From the NCBI GenBank assembly GCA_963751275.1, contig CAVVTZ010000011.1:192001-256000 (forward strand): a stretch of 64,000 nucleotides of DNA, written 5' to 3'. This document shows, one piece after another, positions 32,336-45,609 of this stretch. This stretch comes from an uncultured Gemmatimonadaceae bacterium (GTDB lineage: Bacteria > Gemmatimonadota > Gemmatimonadetes > Gemmatimonadales > Gemmatimonadaceae). The notes beneath the pieces were generated by a model. The model was not told the DNA's origin. It saw only the letters and a list, made by a program, of their open reading frames with translations, and did not search any database. A program made the translations under genes and the position numbers. Position 1 is the first letter of the stretch, and the number at the start of each line of letters is the position of its first letter.

Positions 32336-33081
32336 AGCGCCCCGTCTTCGCCGCGAACTGGAAGATGAACCTCGGCCCGCAGGATGCGCGCGCCTATCTC
32401 AAGCGCTATATCGAGCTCTCGCCGCCGCGCACCGACCGCACGCTGATCTTCTTTCCCTCGGCGCTCTCCGTGGTGGTGTCCGCGTACGCGCTCAAGGACC
32501 GCCCCGAGATGCTCGTGGGCGTGCAGAACATCCACTGGGAGGAGAAGGGCGCCTTCACCGGCGAGAACGCGGCGTTCATGGCGAAGGATGCCGGCGCGAA
32601 GATCGCGCTCGTCGGGCACTCCGAGCGGCGGCAGCTCTTCGGCGAGACGGATGAGATGACCTCCAAGAAATGCGCGTCCGCCTACCGCGCCGGCCTCACG
32701 GCGCTGCTTTGCGTGGGCGAACGGCTCGAGGAGCGCGAACGGAACACCACGCAAGCGGTGGTGCTGCGCCAGCTCAAGGCGGGCATTAGCCGCCTCGAGC
32801 CGTCACAGATCGCGACACTCTCCGTGGCGTACGAGCCGGTGTGGGCGATCGGCACCGGCCGCACGGCGCGCCCCGAGGATGCGACCAACGTGCACACCGC
32901 CATCCGGCGCGTGCTCAAGGAATCGATCGGCTCCAAGAGCGCCGACATCCCGATCCTCTACGGCGGGAGCGTGAACGCCGAGAACGTCGCCGAACTGCTT
33001 GCCGCGCCCGAGGTCGATGGTGTGCTGGTCGGCGGCGCGAGCCTCGATCCCGAGGTCTGGGCGAAGATCACACAGGCTTGA
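32332..33081 (+). CDS. tpiA: Triosephosphate isomerase
   Basis: NWKM, GHSERR, AYEPVWAIGTG, YGGSV. Confidence 0.98.
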   Translation: MKRPVFAANWKMNLGPQDARAYLKRYIELSPPRTDRTLIFFPSALSVVVSAYALKDRPEMLVGVQNIHWEEKGAFTGENAAFMAKDAGAKIALVGHSERRQLFGETDEMTSKKCASAYRAGLTALLCVGERLEERERNTTQAVVLRQLKAGISRLEPSQIATLSVAYEPVWAIGTGRTARPEDATNVHTAIRRVLKESIGSKSADIPILYGGSVNAENVAELLAAPEVDGVLVGGASLDPEVWAKITQA

Positions 33082-33106
33082 CCGGAGGTCGTAAGGTGCC
33101 TAAGCT
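33078..33106 (+). promoter_or_regulatory. Putative secG promoter
   Basis: TTGACC-17 bp-TAAGCT; the -35 overlaps the tpiA stop. Confidence 0.6.
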
Positions 33107-33143
33107 TCGCTGCTTAGCCCATTCCTACCTCATCGCCGGATAA

Positions 33144-33524
33144 ATGTACACCGTCCTCCTCGTTCTACTCATTCTCGTCAGCCTGATCCTGATCGGGGCG
33201 GTGCTCATCCAGTCGGGCAAGGGCAGCGGCCTGGCCGCCAGCTTCGGCGGCGCGTCGTCGTCCAGCGACATCATGGGCTCCCACCAGATGGCCACCGGGA
33301 TCGGCAAGGCGACGTGGTATCTCGGCGGCGTGTTCCTGTTCCTCGCCTACGTGCTCGCGATCATGAGCGCGCGCCCCGCGGTGCCGAAGTCGGCTCTCGA
33401 TCAACTGACCGCGCCGCAGACGCAAGCGCCGGTGCAGACCGCGCCGACGAACACGGCGCCGATCGTGCCGCTGCAGCCCGCACCGACGGCGCCCTCCGCG
33501 CCGGCGAAAACACCGCCGCGCTGA
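33144..33524 (+). CDS. secG: Preprotein translocase subunit SecG
   Basis: Two TMs, VLIQSGKGSGL..FGG; follows tpiA. Confidence 0.92.
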   Translation: MYTVLLVLLILVSLILIGAVLIQSGKGSGLAASFGGASSSSDIMGSHQMATGIGKATWYLGGVFLFLAYVLAIMSARPAVPKSALDQLTAPQTQAPVQTAPTNTAPIVPLQPAPTAPSAPAKTPPR

Positions 33525-33529
33525 TCGCA

Positions 33530-34663
33530 TTGCCGAAGCTCGACTCGAAACCGGGGTTCCTCCTCCTCGAGGATGGAACCCTTTTTCGTGGGACCCTCGG
33601 CTCCACCGCTCCCCTCGCGGTGGCCGAGGTGGTGTTCACGACGAACATGACTGGGTATCAGGAGGTCTTCACCGATCCCTCCTACTGCGGCCAGATCGTG
33701 GTGATGACCGCGCCCATGATCGGCAACTACGGCACGAACGATGAGGATCCCGAATCGGGCGGTGCGCAGGTGGCCGGTGTGATCGTGCGCGAGCTCTCGA
33801 CACACCCGTCGAACTGGCGCTCTACGGGTGGCTTGCCAAGGTGGTTGAGCTCCGCACAAATCCCGATACTGCAAGACGTTGACACGCGGCGCCTCACGCG
33901 CCATATCCGGTCTTCCGGGGTTATGCGCGGTGTCGTGGCCGCGGGCGACGAACCGGGGCCCGAAGCGGTTGCGGCGCTCCAAGCCTGTCCGTCAATGGAG
34001 GGGCTCGACCTGGCGTCACGCGTCTCCACCAAGAAGACGTACAGTTGGGGCGACGCGGGGGCCAAGAAGCACATCGTCGCCTACGACTACGGGATCAAGC
34101 GCAATATCCTGCGGCTCTTCGCCGAGCATGGTTGTCACGTGACGGTCGTCCCGGCCGATACCCCGGCCGCGCAGGCGCTGGAATTGAAGCCGGACGGAGT
34201 GTTCCTCTCGAACGGACCGGGCGATCCGGCGGCGGTGAGCTATGCGCCGGCGATCATCCGGACCATCGCGAAGACGGGAATGCCGATGTTCGGGATCTGC
34301 CTGGGGCACCAGCTGCTCGGACTGACGTACGGCGCGCGCACGGAGAAGATGCCCTACGGTCACCGGGGCGGGAATCATCCGGTGAAGGAACTCGAGACCG
34401 GACGCGTGCTGATCACATCGCAGAACCACGGATTCAGCGTGGTCGGGAGTGACGCGGGCATCCCCGGCGCGCCGGAATTGCGCGTGACGCATGTGAATCT
34501 GAACGACGGCACGGTGGAGGGGCTCCGGCATCGCGAGTTGCCGGTGTTCGCGGTGCAGTACCACCCGGAGGCGGCTCCCGGCCCGCACGACGCCCGGCCG
34601 CTCTTCGCGGAATTCATGCAGGCGGTCGCTTCGAACAGTCGTTCCAGTTCGCCAACTGCTTGA
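33530..34663 (+). CDS. carA: Carbamoyl-phosphate synthase small subunit
   Basis: LEDGT, TGYQEVFTDPSY, LSNGPGDP, GICLGHQ, QYHPEA; TTG start assumed. Confidence 0.95.
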   Translation: MPKLDSKPGFLLLEDGTLFRGTLGSTAPLAVAEVVFTTNMTGYQEVFTDPSYCGQIVVMTAPMIGNYGTNDEDPESGGAQVAGVIVRELSTHPSNWRSTGGLPRWLSSAQIPILQDVDTRRLTRHIRSSGVMRGVVAAGDEPGPEAVAALQACPSMEGLDLASRVSTKKTYSWGDAGAKKHIVAYDYGIKRNILRLFAEHGCHVTVVPADTPAAQALELKPDGVFLSNGPGDPAAVSYAPAIIRTIAKTGMPMFGICLGHQLLGLTYGARTEKMPYGHRGGNHPVKELETGRVLITSQNHGFSVVGSDAGIPGAPELRVTHVNLNDGTVEGLRHRELPVFAVQYHPEAAPGPHDARPLFAEFMQAVASNSRSSSPTA

Positions 34664-34689
34664 CACACAAGCAAGTAAGCCCATAGTTT
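34660..34689 (+). promoter_or_regulatory. Putative hup promoter
   Basis: TTGACA overlapping the carA stop, with TAGTTT 18 bp downstream. Confidence 0.5.
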
Positions 34690-34735
34690 CGTCGCACGGC
34701 CCGCACGTTGGCGGGCGATCTTTCCGAGGTTACGA

Positions 34736-35068
34736 ATGACCAAAGCCGATCTGGTCGAGCGCGTTACGGCGCAGATCTCTCGTACGGCCGGCCCGATGAT
34801 CTCGAAAAAGGATTGTGCGCGCGTGGTCGACTCCTTCCTGGATGCGATCAAGGACGCGCTCAAAGAGCAGCGGAACATCGAGGTCCGCGGCTTCGGCACG
34901 TTCAAGATCCGCCAGCGGAAGACGCGCATGGCGCGCAATCCGCGCACCGGTTCGCCGGTGGAGGTGTCCGCGCGCCCGGTGCCGGTGTTCAAGCCCAGCA
35001 AGGAGTTGCGCGCGCTCGTGGCCGAGGTGACGCCCGAGGAATTGGCGCAGGCGAAGAAGGGGAACTGA
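34736..35068 (+). CDS. HU/IHF family DNA-binding protein
   Basis: MTKADLV, RGFGTF, ARNPRTG, FKPSKELR. Confidence 0.95.
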   Translation: MTKADLVERVTAQISRTAGPMISKKDCARVVDSFLDAIKDALKEQRNIEVRGFGTFKIRQRKTRMARNPRTGSPVEVSARPVPVFKPSKELRALVAEVTPEELAQAKKGN

Positions 35069-35070
35069 GT

Positions 35071-35157
35071 ACTGCAGACTTAGACTCTAGACTTGGACTC
35101 TAGACTACTCCCAATAGCCGCATTCTAACGTCTCAGTCTAACGTCTCAGTCTGTAGT
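35071..35157. repeat. Hairpin family D, copy 1 (AGAC-periodic arms)
   Basis: (AGAC + 2-3 nt)x5 left arm; (AACGTCTCAGTCT)x2 right arm. Confidence 0.88.
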
Positions 35158-35158
35158 G

Positions 35159-35187
35159 AAGCGCCCCCGTCCGGGGCGCTTTTTGTT
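35159..35187 (+). terminator. Intrinsic terminator after hup
   Basis: AAGCGCCCC-CGTCC-GGGGCGCTT followed by TTTGTT. Confidence 0.8.
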
Positions 35188-35198
35188 ATCATTACAGT

Positions 35199-35441
35199 AT
35201 GACCGTCACCGCGCTGCTCTTCGCCTCCTATGCCGACGCGCTCGGCCGGCCGTCCGTGGAACTGAGCCTGGCGCCGGGCGCGACCGTGCGTGACGCGGTC
35301 GACCAGCTGCGCCGGTTGCCCGGGGGCGGCACACTGCCGGAAGCGCCGTTGGTCGCGGTGAATCTCTCGTACTCGCGCGGCGACGCCGTACTCACCGCGG
35401 GCGACGAGCTGGCAGTGATCCCGCCGGTGGCGGGAGGCTGA
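35199..35441 (+). CDS. moaD: Molybdopterin synthase sulfur carrier
   Basis: LFA, VAVN, C-terminal PPVAGG. Confidence 0.93.
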   Translation: MTVTALLFASYADALGRPSVELSLAPGATVRDAVDQLRRLPGGGTLPEAPLVAVNLSYSRGDAVLTAGDELAVIPPVAGG

Positions 35442-35443
35442 GC

Positions 35444-35881
35444 GTGCGGGCGGCCGTCGTCTCGCGCCCGATCGACCCCGGCGCGCTCGTGCTCGAGGTG
35501 GGGAACATCGCGCATGGCGCGGTGGTGCTCTTCCTGGGCACCGTGCGCGACATGAACGAGGGGCGCGAGGTGTCGGGGATCGAGTACCGCGCTTATGACG
35601 CGATGGCGTTGCGGGAGATGGAGACGATCACCGCGGAAGCTTGCGCGCGATTCGAGACCGACGAGATCGTGGTGGAGCATCGCACCGGCGACCTGGCGCT
35701 CGGCGAGGTGAGCGTGGGGATCGCCGTATCGCACGCGCACCGCGGGCCGGCCTATGACGCCTCGCGCTACGTGATCGAGCAGCTGAAGCGGCGCGTGCCC
35801 GTGTGGAAGAAGGAGGAGTACACCGACGGCACGCGCGAGTGGGTGGATCCCACGCGCAAGGCCGAGGAGGCGCGGTCGTGA
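35444..35881 (+). CDS. moaE: Molybdopterin synthase catalytic subunit
   Basis: FLGTVR, HRTG, AHR, VPVWKKE. Confidence 0.94.
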   Translation: MRAAVVSRPIDPGALVLEVGNIAHGAVVLFLGTVRDMNEGREVSGIEYRAYDAMALREMETITAEACARFETDEIVVEHRTGDLALGEVSVGIAVSHAHRGPAYDASRYVIEQLKRRVPVWKKEEYTDGTREWVDPTRKAEEARS

Positions 35882-36861
35882 GCGAGGCGCTGCGCGACCA
35901 GTTCGGGCGGAGCATCGAGTACCTGCGCATCTCCGTCACCGACCGCTGCAATTTCCGCTGCGTGTACTGCATGCCGGCGGAAGGGCTCGAGTGGCTGCCC
36001 AAGCATGACATCCTGAGTTACGAAGAGATCACGGCGATCGTGCGGCAGCTGGCGCCGCTCGGCTTGCGCCGGCTGCGGATCACGGGCGGCGAGCCGACGA
36101 TCCGCAACGATCTCACCGATCTCATTGCAATGCTCAAGGCGGTGCCGGGGATCGAGGACATCGCGCTCTCGACGAATGGCGTGCGGCTTCCCGCGATGGC
36201 GGAGCAGCTGCGCGCCGCCGGGCTCGACCGCGTGAACATCAGCGCCGACAGTCTGCGCGCCGAGCGGATCTCGGCGATCGCGCGCCGCAATCTGGGCTTC
36301 GACCCGGTGACCGCGGCGCTTGCGGCCGAACGGGCGGGGCTGGCCCCGGTCAAGCTGAACATGGTGGTGCTGCGCGGCGTGAACGACGACGAAGTGGAGG
36401 ACTTCGCGCGCCTGACGATGGAGCACCCGTGGCACGTGCGTTTCATCGAGCTGATGCCGGTGGGCGAGATGCGTGACCTGACGTGGGAGCACGTCGTGCC
36501 GAGCGACGCGATCCTCGCGCGCCTCGGCGCGCTCGGCGCACTCGCGCCCGACGCAGGGCCGGCGCGCGGGAACGGGCCCGCTGCCTATCATCGCTTTGCC
36601 GGCGCGCCCGGCACCGTGGGCGTGATCACACCGATGACGCACACCTACTGCGGCAGCTGCAACCGCGTGCGCCTGACCGCGGACGGGCGGCTCCGGACGT
36701 GCCTGTACGGTGATCACGAAGTGAATCTGCGCGATCCGCTGAGGGCGGGCGACGATCTGACGCCATTGTACGTGCAGGCCCTCGCGAACAAGCCGAAGGA
36801 GCACGATCTGCTGCAGATGAAGGTCGGGGGGCTTCGCGCGCTGTCGCAGGTGGGAGGCTGA
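35878..36861 (+). CDS. moaA: GTP 3',8-cyclase (radical SAM)
   Basis: LRISVTDRCNFRCVYC, TGGEP, CGSCNRVR, C-terminal GG. Confidence 0.96.
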   Translation: MSEALRDQFGRSIEYLRISVTDRCNFRCVYCMPAEGLEWLPKHDILSYEEITAIVRQLAPLGLRRLRITGGEPTIRNDLTDLIAMLKAVPGIEDIALSTNGVRLPAMAEQLRAAGLDRVNISADSLRAERISAIARRNLGFDPVTAALAAERAGLAPVKLNMVVLRGVNDDEVEDFARLTMEHPWHVRFIELMPVGEMRDLTWEHVVPSDAILARLGALGALAPDAGPARGNGPAAYHRFAGAPGTVGVITPMTHTYCGSCNRVRLTADGRLRTCLYGDHEVNLRDPLRAGDDLTPLYVQALANKPKEHDLLQMKVGGLRALSQVGG

Positions 36862-36862
36862 T

Positions 36863-36948
36863 CCACGGCAGACTTAGACCTAGACGTTAGACTTAGACTA
36901 CAACTGCTCTCGCTTTCCAACGTCTCAGTCTAACGTCTCAGTCTGTGG
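36863..36948. repeat. Hairpin family D, copy 2
   Basis: Shares the exact 28-mer AACGTCTCAGTCTAACGTCTCAGTCTGT (36919-36946 = 35127-35154) plus an AGAC-periodic left arm. Confidence 0.88.
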
Positions 36949-36965
36949 TACCGACTCAGTATTAG

Positions 36966-37943
<978 letters not shown>

Positions 37944-37949
37944 CGTCCG

Positions 37950-38604
37950 GTGAACCGCCTCGCTCGCTTCTGGAAGTCCACGGTCGGGAAGAAGATCGTG
38001 ATGGCCGTCACCGGCCTCATCATGGTCGGCTTCCTGATCGGGCACATGGCGGGCAACCTGCAGGTCTTCGTCGGCGCCGCGCGGCTCAACGCCTACGCGG
38101 CGTTCCTGCATTCGCTGGGCGAGTTCCTCTGGCTGATCCGCGGCGTGCTCGTGGTGGCGCTCGTGCTGCACATCGTCGCGGCGGACCAGCTGATCGTCAT
38201 CGACCGCGGCGCGCGCCCCGTGGCGTACGCGAAGCACGAGTCGCAGGCGTCCACGTTCGCGTCGCGCACGATGCGGTGGGGCGGGCTCGCGCTCGCGATC
38301 TTCATCGTGTTCCACCTCCTGCATTTCACGACCGGCACGCTGCGGCCGGCGCCGTTCGTCCCCGGCGACGTGTACGCCAACGTCGTGGACAGCTTCCGGA
38401 TCGGTGGGTGTCGGCGCTCTACATTGCCGCGATGATCGCCGTCGGACTGCACCTGTACCACGGCACGTGGAGCGTGTTCCGCACGCTGGGCGTCACGCCG
38501 CCCTCGGCGCATCCGCTCGCCCACCGGATCTCGCTCGCGGTGGCGTTCATCGTGTGGCTCGGTTTCACGATCGTGCCGGTGGGCATCCTGCTCGGGTGGG
38601 CGCG

Positions 38605-38608
<4 letters not shown>
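37950..38608 (+). CDS. sdhC: Succinate dehydrogenase cytochrome b subunit (apparent frameshift near 38403)
   Basis: [16 protein letters not shown], four heme-ligand His helices; precedes the flavoprotein. Confidence 0.9.
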
Positions 38609-40531
<1,923 letters not shown>

Positions 40532-40532
<1 letters not shown>

Positions 40533-41312
40533 TGAATCTCACGCTGCACGTGTGGCGGCAGCGCGGGCCGTCCGACCCCGGCGGATTCAAGGAGTACGAC
40601 CGCGCGCGACGTGAGCCCCGACATCGTCGTTCCTCGAGATGCTCGATGTGGTGAACGAGGGACTGATGCAACGCGGGCGAGGTGCCGATCGCCTTCGATC
40701 ACGACTGCCGCGAGGGGATCTGCGGCATCGTGCTCGATGATGATCAACGGCGAGGCGCACGGCCCGCAGCACGGCACGGCCACGTGCCAGCTGCACATGC
40801 GCCATTACAAGGACGGCGACGAGATCTGGATCGAGCCGTGGCGCGCGCGCGCCTTCCCGGTGATCAAGGACCTGTGCGTCGACCGCAGCGCCTTCGACCG
40901 GATCATCGACGCCGGCGGCTTCATCTCGGCGAGCACCGGCGGCGCGCAGGACGCCAACGCGATCCTGGTCCCGAAGGTTGCGGCGGACATCGCGATGGAC
41001 GCCGCGGCGTGCATCGGCTGCGGCGCGTGCGTCGCGGCGTGCCCCAACGGCTCGGCGTCGCTGTTCACCGCGGCGAAGATCACGCATCTCGCGGTGCTGC
41101 CGCAGGGACAGCCGGAGCGCTACCGGCGCGTGACCGCGATGGTCGCGCAGATGGACCTCGAAGGATTCGGCGGCTGCACGCTGCACGGCGAGTGCCAGGA
41201 GGCGTGCCCCAAGGAGATCTCGATCGACGTCATCACGCGCATGAATCGAGACTATCTCGTGGCGCAGGTGAAGGGGGGCGGGGAATACCGCTCCGCCGGG
41301 GGCGCCGGGTGA
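40532..41312 (+). CDS. sdhB: Succinate dehydrogenase Fe-S subunit (apparent frameshifts)
   Basis: [28 protein letters not shown]. Confidence 0.93.
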
Positions 41313-41316
41313 CGCG

Positions 41317-41878
41317 CTAGAGGCGCGGCAGGGTCACGCCGTGCTGACCCTGATACTTCCCCTTCTTGTCCTTGTACGACGTCTCGGGCGGCTCGTCGCC
41401 CTCGAAGAACAGCACCTGCGCGATCCCCTCGTTCGCGTAGATCTTCGCCGGCAGCGGCGTGGTGTTCGAGATCTCGAGCGTCACGAACCCCTCCCACTCC
41501 GGCTCGAAGGGCGTGACGTTGGTGATGATCCCGCAGCGCGCGTAGGTGGACTTGCCCGACGCGAGATCGTGAGCACGTTGCGCGGGATCCGGAAGTACTC
41601 GACCGAGCGCGCCAGCGCGAAGCGAGTTCGGCGGGCACGATGCAGACGTCGCCCTCGAACTCCACGAACGACTTCGGATCGAAGTGCTTGGGGTCCACGA
41701 TCGAGCTCAGCACGTTCGTGAAGATCTTGAACTCGCGGGCGACGCGCATGTCGTAGCCGTACGAGCTCGACGCCGTACGAGATCACGCCGTCGCGCACCT
41801 GGCCGGTCGGCGAACGGCTCGATCATGCCGTGTTCCAGCGCCATGCTGGCGGATCCAGCGGTCGGACTTGATGGACAT
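41317..41878 (-). CDS. dcd: dCTP deaminase (apparent frameshifts)
   Basis: [40 protein letters not shown] across frames. Confidence 0.92.
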
Positions 41879-41989
41879 GTGGGGCGGTCAGGAGGAAGGC
41901 GCGCACCGGAGGAGCCGGCACGCCGCGGGCGGGAATGTACCGCTTGGCGCGGGGAGAGGCAAAGCGCCGGATCACGGGAACGTCACGCG

Positions 41990-42019
41990 TTGACACTGCC
42001 GCCGCCGCCGCGATACCTT
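41990..42019 (+). promoter_or_regulatory. Putative nuo operon promoter
   Basis: TTGACA-18 bp-TACCTT upstream of nuoA. Confidence 0.55.
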
Positions 42020-42062
42020 TCGCGCGCGGAGAGAGGGAAATCGTCACCAGCGCCGGAGCCGG

Positions 42063-42469
42063 ATGGTCAGCGACTACTTCCCGATCCTGATCCTGCTCGG
42101 GTTCGTCGCCGCTCAACGCGGTGATGATGCTCGCGCTGTCGCACTGGTCATCTGCGCGCGCCCGACGCCGACCAAGCAGGTGCCGTACGAGTCGGGCATC
42201 CCGCCGCTCGGCGACGCGCGCGAGCGCTTCTCCGTGAAGTTCTACATGGTCGCCATGCTGTTCATCGTCTTCGACATCGAGACGGTGTTCATGATCCCGT
42301 GGGCCGTCTACTTCCGCGCAGCTCTCCTGTGCCGTGCCGCTCGCCGGCGGCGCCTGTCCCGCCGGGCAGATCTCGTTCTTCGGCCTCGGCGAGATGCTGG
42401 TCTTCATGCTCATCCTGCTCGTCGGACTACGTCTACGTCTGGAAGAAGGGAGCGCTGCAATGGGATTGA
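42063..42469 (+). CDS. nuoA: NADH-quinone oxidoreductase A (apparent frameshifts)
   Basis: [27 protein letters not shown]. Confidence 0.92.
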
Positions 42470-43090
42470 CCCCTCGGCCGGACGCCGACCGTCGCCGACG
42501 TACGATCCGGCGCAGCAGCGAGAGCTGGGTCACCACCCGGCTCGACTTCCTCGTCAACTGGTCGCGCGCCAACTCGCTGTGGCCGATGCCCTTCGGCACC
42601 GCGTGCTGCGCCATCGAGTTCATGGCCACGGCCGCGAGCCGCTTCGACCTGGCGCGCTTCGGCATGGAGCGCATGAGCTTCTCGCCGCGGCAGGCCGACG
42701 TGCTCATCTGCGCCGGGCGCGTCCCGTTCAAGCTCGCGCCGGTGATCCGCCGCATCTGGCAGCAGATGCCGCAGCCCAAGTGGTGCATCTCGATGGGCGC
42801 CTGCGCGAGCTCGCGGCGGCATGTTCGACAACTACGCCGTGGTGCAGGGGATCGACACGATCATCCCGGTGGACGTCTACGTGCCGGGCTGCCCGCCGCG
42901 GCCGGAAGGACTGATCTACGGCATCATGATGCTCCAGAAGAAGATGAAGCGGGAGCGGATGTCGAACGTCACGATCCGCGACGAGATGGAGCCGGATCCC
43001 GTGAGCGGCTGTACATCGCGCCGCGAGGCGATCGACGAACTGTCGGAGCCGTTCGGCAATTCGGTCCACCAGACGCGATCGGCCACGTGA
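42460..43090 (+). CDS. nuoB: NADH-quinone oxidoreductase B (apparent frameshifts)
   Basis: [25 protein letters not shown]. Confidence 0.95.
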
Positions 43091-43792
43091 GCAATTCCAT
43101 GACCACGGTCATCCCCGGCAGCGCGGATCACGGCGCGACCGCGCCGGTCACGCCCAAGGAGCTGCCGAACCGCGGCGGCGCGGCGAATCCGTCGGCCGCC
43201 GCGCTGCAGACGAAGTTCGGCGCCGCGGTGCAGCGGGTCGACGTCGTGTGGCGGCGAGACCACCGTGGTCGTGGACGGCGCGCGGCTCCTCGACATCGTG
43301 CGCTGGCTCCACGACGATCCCGACGCAGCGCTACGACTACCTGTCCGACGTGACCGCGGTGGAATACCGCGACCCGCGAGCAGCCGCTCGAGGTCGTCTG
43401 GCACCTCCGCTCCATCCCGTTCCGCCGCTTCCTGCGGCTCAAGGTGCTGCTCGAACGCGGCGCGAAGCTCGAGGTGCCAGAGCGTGTGGCCCGTGTACAA
43501 GGGCGCCGATTGGCTCGAGCGCGAATGCTTCGACATGTTCGGCATCAGGTTCGCGGGCCACCCCGACCTGCGGCGCATCCTGATGTGGGAGCAGTACCGA
43601 GAAGGGTTCCCGCTGCGGAAGGATTTCCCGCTGCGCGGCCGCTTCTCGCGCGCCGAGCAGCTGCGCCAGGCGCTCGCCGCGAACCCGGAGGCGCACTACT
43701 CGATGGAAGAGCTCTCGATCTCGCAGGCGTTCGAGGATCTTCCCGCCGACATGCGCGAGCGGCTCGGCGCCGGCGAGCAGACGGGGGAATAG
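43087..43792 (+). CDS. nuoC: NADH-quinone oxidoreductase C (apparent frameshifts)
   Basis: [28 protein letters not shown]. Confidence 0.92.
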
Positions 43793-43795
43793 CCG

Positions 43796-45108
43796 ATGAC
43801 CACGAAACGCACGCGTCGAGGTCGCGCTCGGCACGTCGGGACTGGACGCGCAGGGGCGCCCGCATCGCGCGCCCGCTCACGATGAACGAGGGCGGCAACG
43901 TCATCACGATGGATCCGCCGGCGGCGCTCGAGCCCGACCTCGCGGGCGAGCACATGCTGATCAACATCGGGCCGCAGCACCCGGCGACGCACGGCGTGCT
44001 GCGGCTGGTGCTCGAGCTCGACGGCGAGACCGTCGTGCGCTGCATTCCGCACATCGGGTACCTGCACTGCGGCTTCGAGAAGATCGGCGAGTACCGCCAG
44101 TACAACCAGATCGTGCCGTGGACCGACCGCGAGGACTACCTCAACTCGATCGGCAACAACGTCGCCTTCGCGCTCGGCGCGGAGCGGCTGTTCGGCATCG
44201 AGATCACGCCGCGCTGCACGGTGCTGCGCGTGATCGCGAGCGAGCTGTCGCGCATCATCTCGCACCTCGTGTGGCTCGGCACCACCTGCATCGACATCGG
44301 CGCGTTCACGCCCTTCCTGTGGAGGTTCCAGGAGCGCGAGAACGTCTACAACCTGCTCGAGAGCTGGGTCGGCGCGCGCCTCACCACGAGCGCGACGCGC
44401 GTGGGCGGCATGGCGGCCGACGTTCCCGATGGCTGGACCGAGCAGCTGCGCGACTTCGTGCAGACCTTCCCGAAGACGATCGATGAAGTGGACCGCATGC
44501 TCACGCGGAACGCGATCTGGGTGGGCCGCACGATCGGACTCGGCGTGATGTCGGCGGAGGAGGCCACGAACTACGGCCTCTCCGGCCCGATGCTCCGCGC
44601 GTCCGGCGTCGCCTTCGACGTGCGCAAGGATTTCCCGTACCTCGACTACGAGACGTACGACTTCGACGTGCCGGTCGGGTCGCAGGGCGATGTGTACGAC
44701 CGCTTCCTCGTGCGGCTCGAGGAGCTGCGCCAGTGGGCGCGGATCCTCGCGCAGGCGCTCGAGCGGCTGCCCGACGGTCCGGTGAACAGCGCCGACCCTC
44801 GCGTGATCCTGCCGCCGAAGCACAAGGCGATGAGCGACATGGAGTCGATGATCCACCACTTCAAGCAGGTGATGGAAGGCCCGCGGCCGCCGATCGGCGA
44901 GGCGTACGTGGCGGTGGAGAGTCCCAAGGGGGAGAAGGGCTACTACATGGTGTCGGACGGCACGGCGAAGCCGGTGCGCTGGCGCATCCGGCCGCCGAGC
45001 TTCGTGAACCTCTCGGCGATCCCGAAGATGGTCGAGGGGCACCTGCTGTCCGACGTGATCGCGATCAACGCGAGCATCGACATCGTCATGGGGGAGATCG
45101 ACCGGTGA
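43796..45108 (+). CDS. nuoD: NADH-quinone oxidoreductase D (apparent frameshift near the N-terminus)
   Basis: GPQHPATHGVLR, GYLH, ESPKGE, GEIDR. Confidence 0.95.
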
Positions 45109-45609
45109 GCGCGCACGAGACGACCGAAGCGTACCGGAAGGTCTTCACGGGCGCGACGAAGCAGGAACTCGACGGCATCCTCGCCCGCTACCCCACGAAG
45201 ATGGCGGCGCTGCTGCCGGCGCTCTGGATCATCCAGCGCGAGCGCGGGTGGGTGAGCGACGACGGCATGGTGGAGGTCGCCGAGCAGCTCGGAGCTGACC
45301 CCCGCGTACGTGAAGGGCGTGGTCACCTTCTACACCATGTACCACCAGCATCCGGTGGGGAAGCATTTCATCCAGGTGTGCACCACGTCGCCCTGCGGCG
45401 CGTGCGGCGCGGAGAAGGTCGTGGACTCGCTGCTCAAGCACACCGGCTGCGGAGAGCTGGGCGCGACGTCGCCCGATGGGCGCTTCACGGTGATCGAGGT
45501 GGAATGCCTGGGTGCCTGCGGGTTCGTCACGCCGATCATGGTCAATGACGATTTCATCGAGTCCGTCACTCCCGACAAAGTCCCCCAGCTGCTGAGCCAG
45601 TACCGCTAA
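45105..45609 (+). CDS. nuoE: NADH-quinone oxidoreductase E (apparent frameshift near 45293)
   Basis: TFYTMY, CTTSPC, ECLGAC. Confidence 0.93.

Noticed and set aside
43444..45108. NuoCD fusion suggested by the 554-aa ORF
   Set aside because: nuoC has its own stop at 43792 and nuoD an ATG at 43796; the join is a frameshift artefact.
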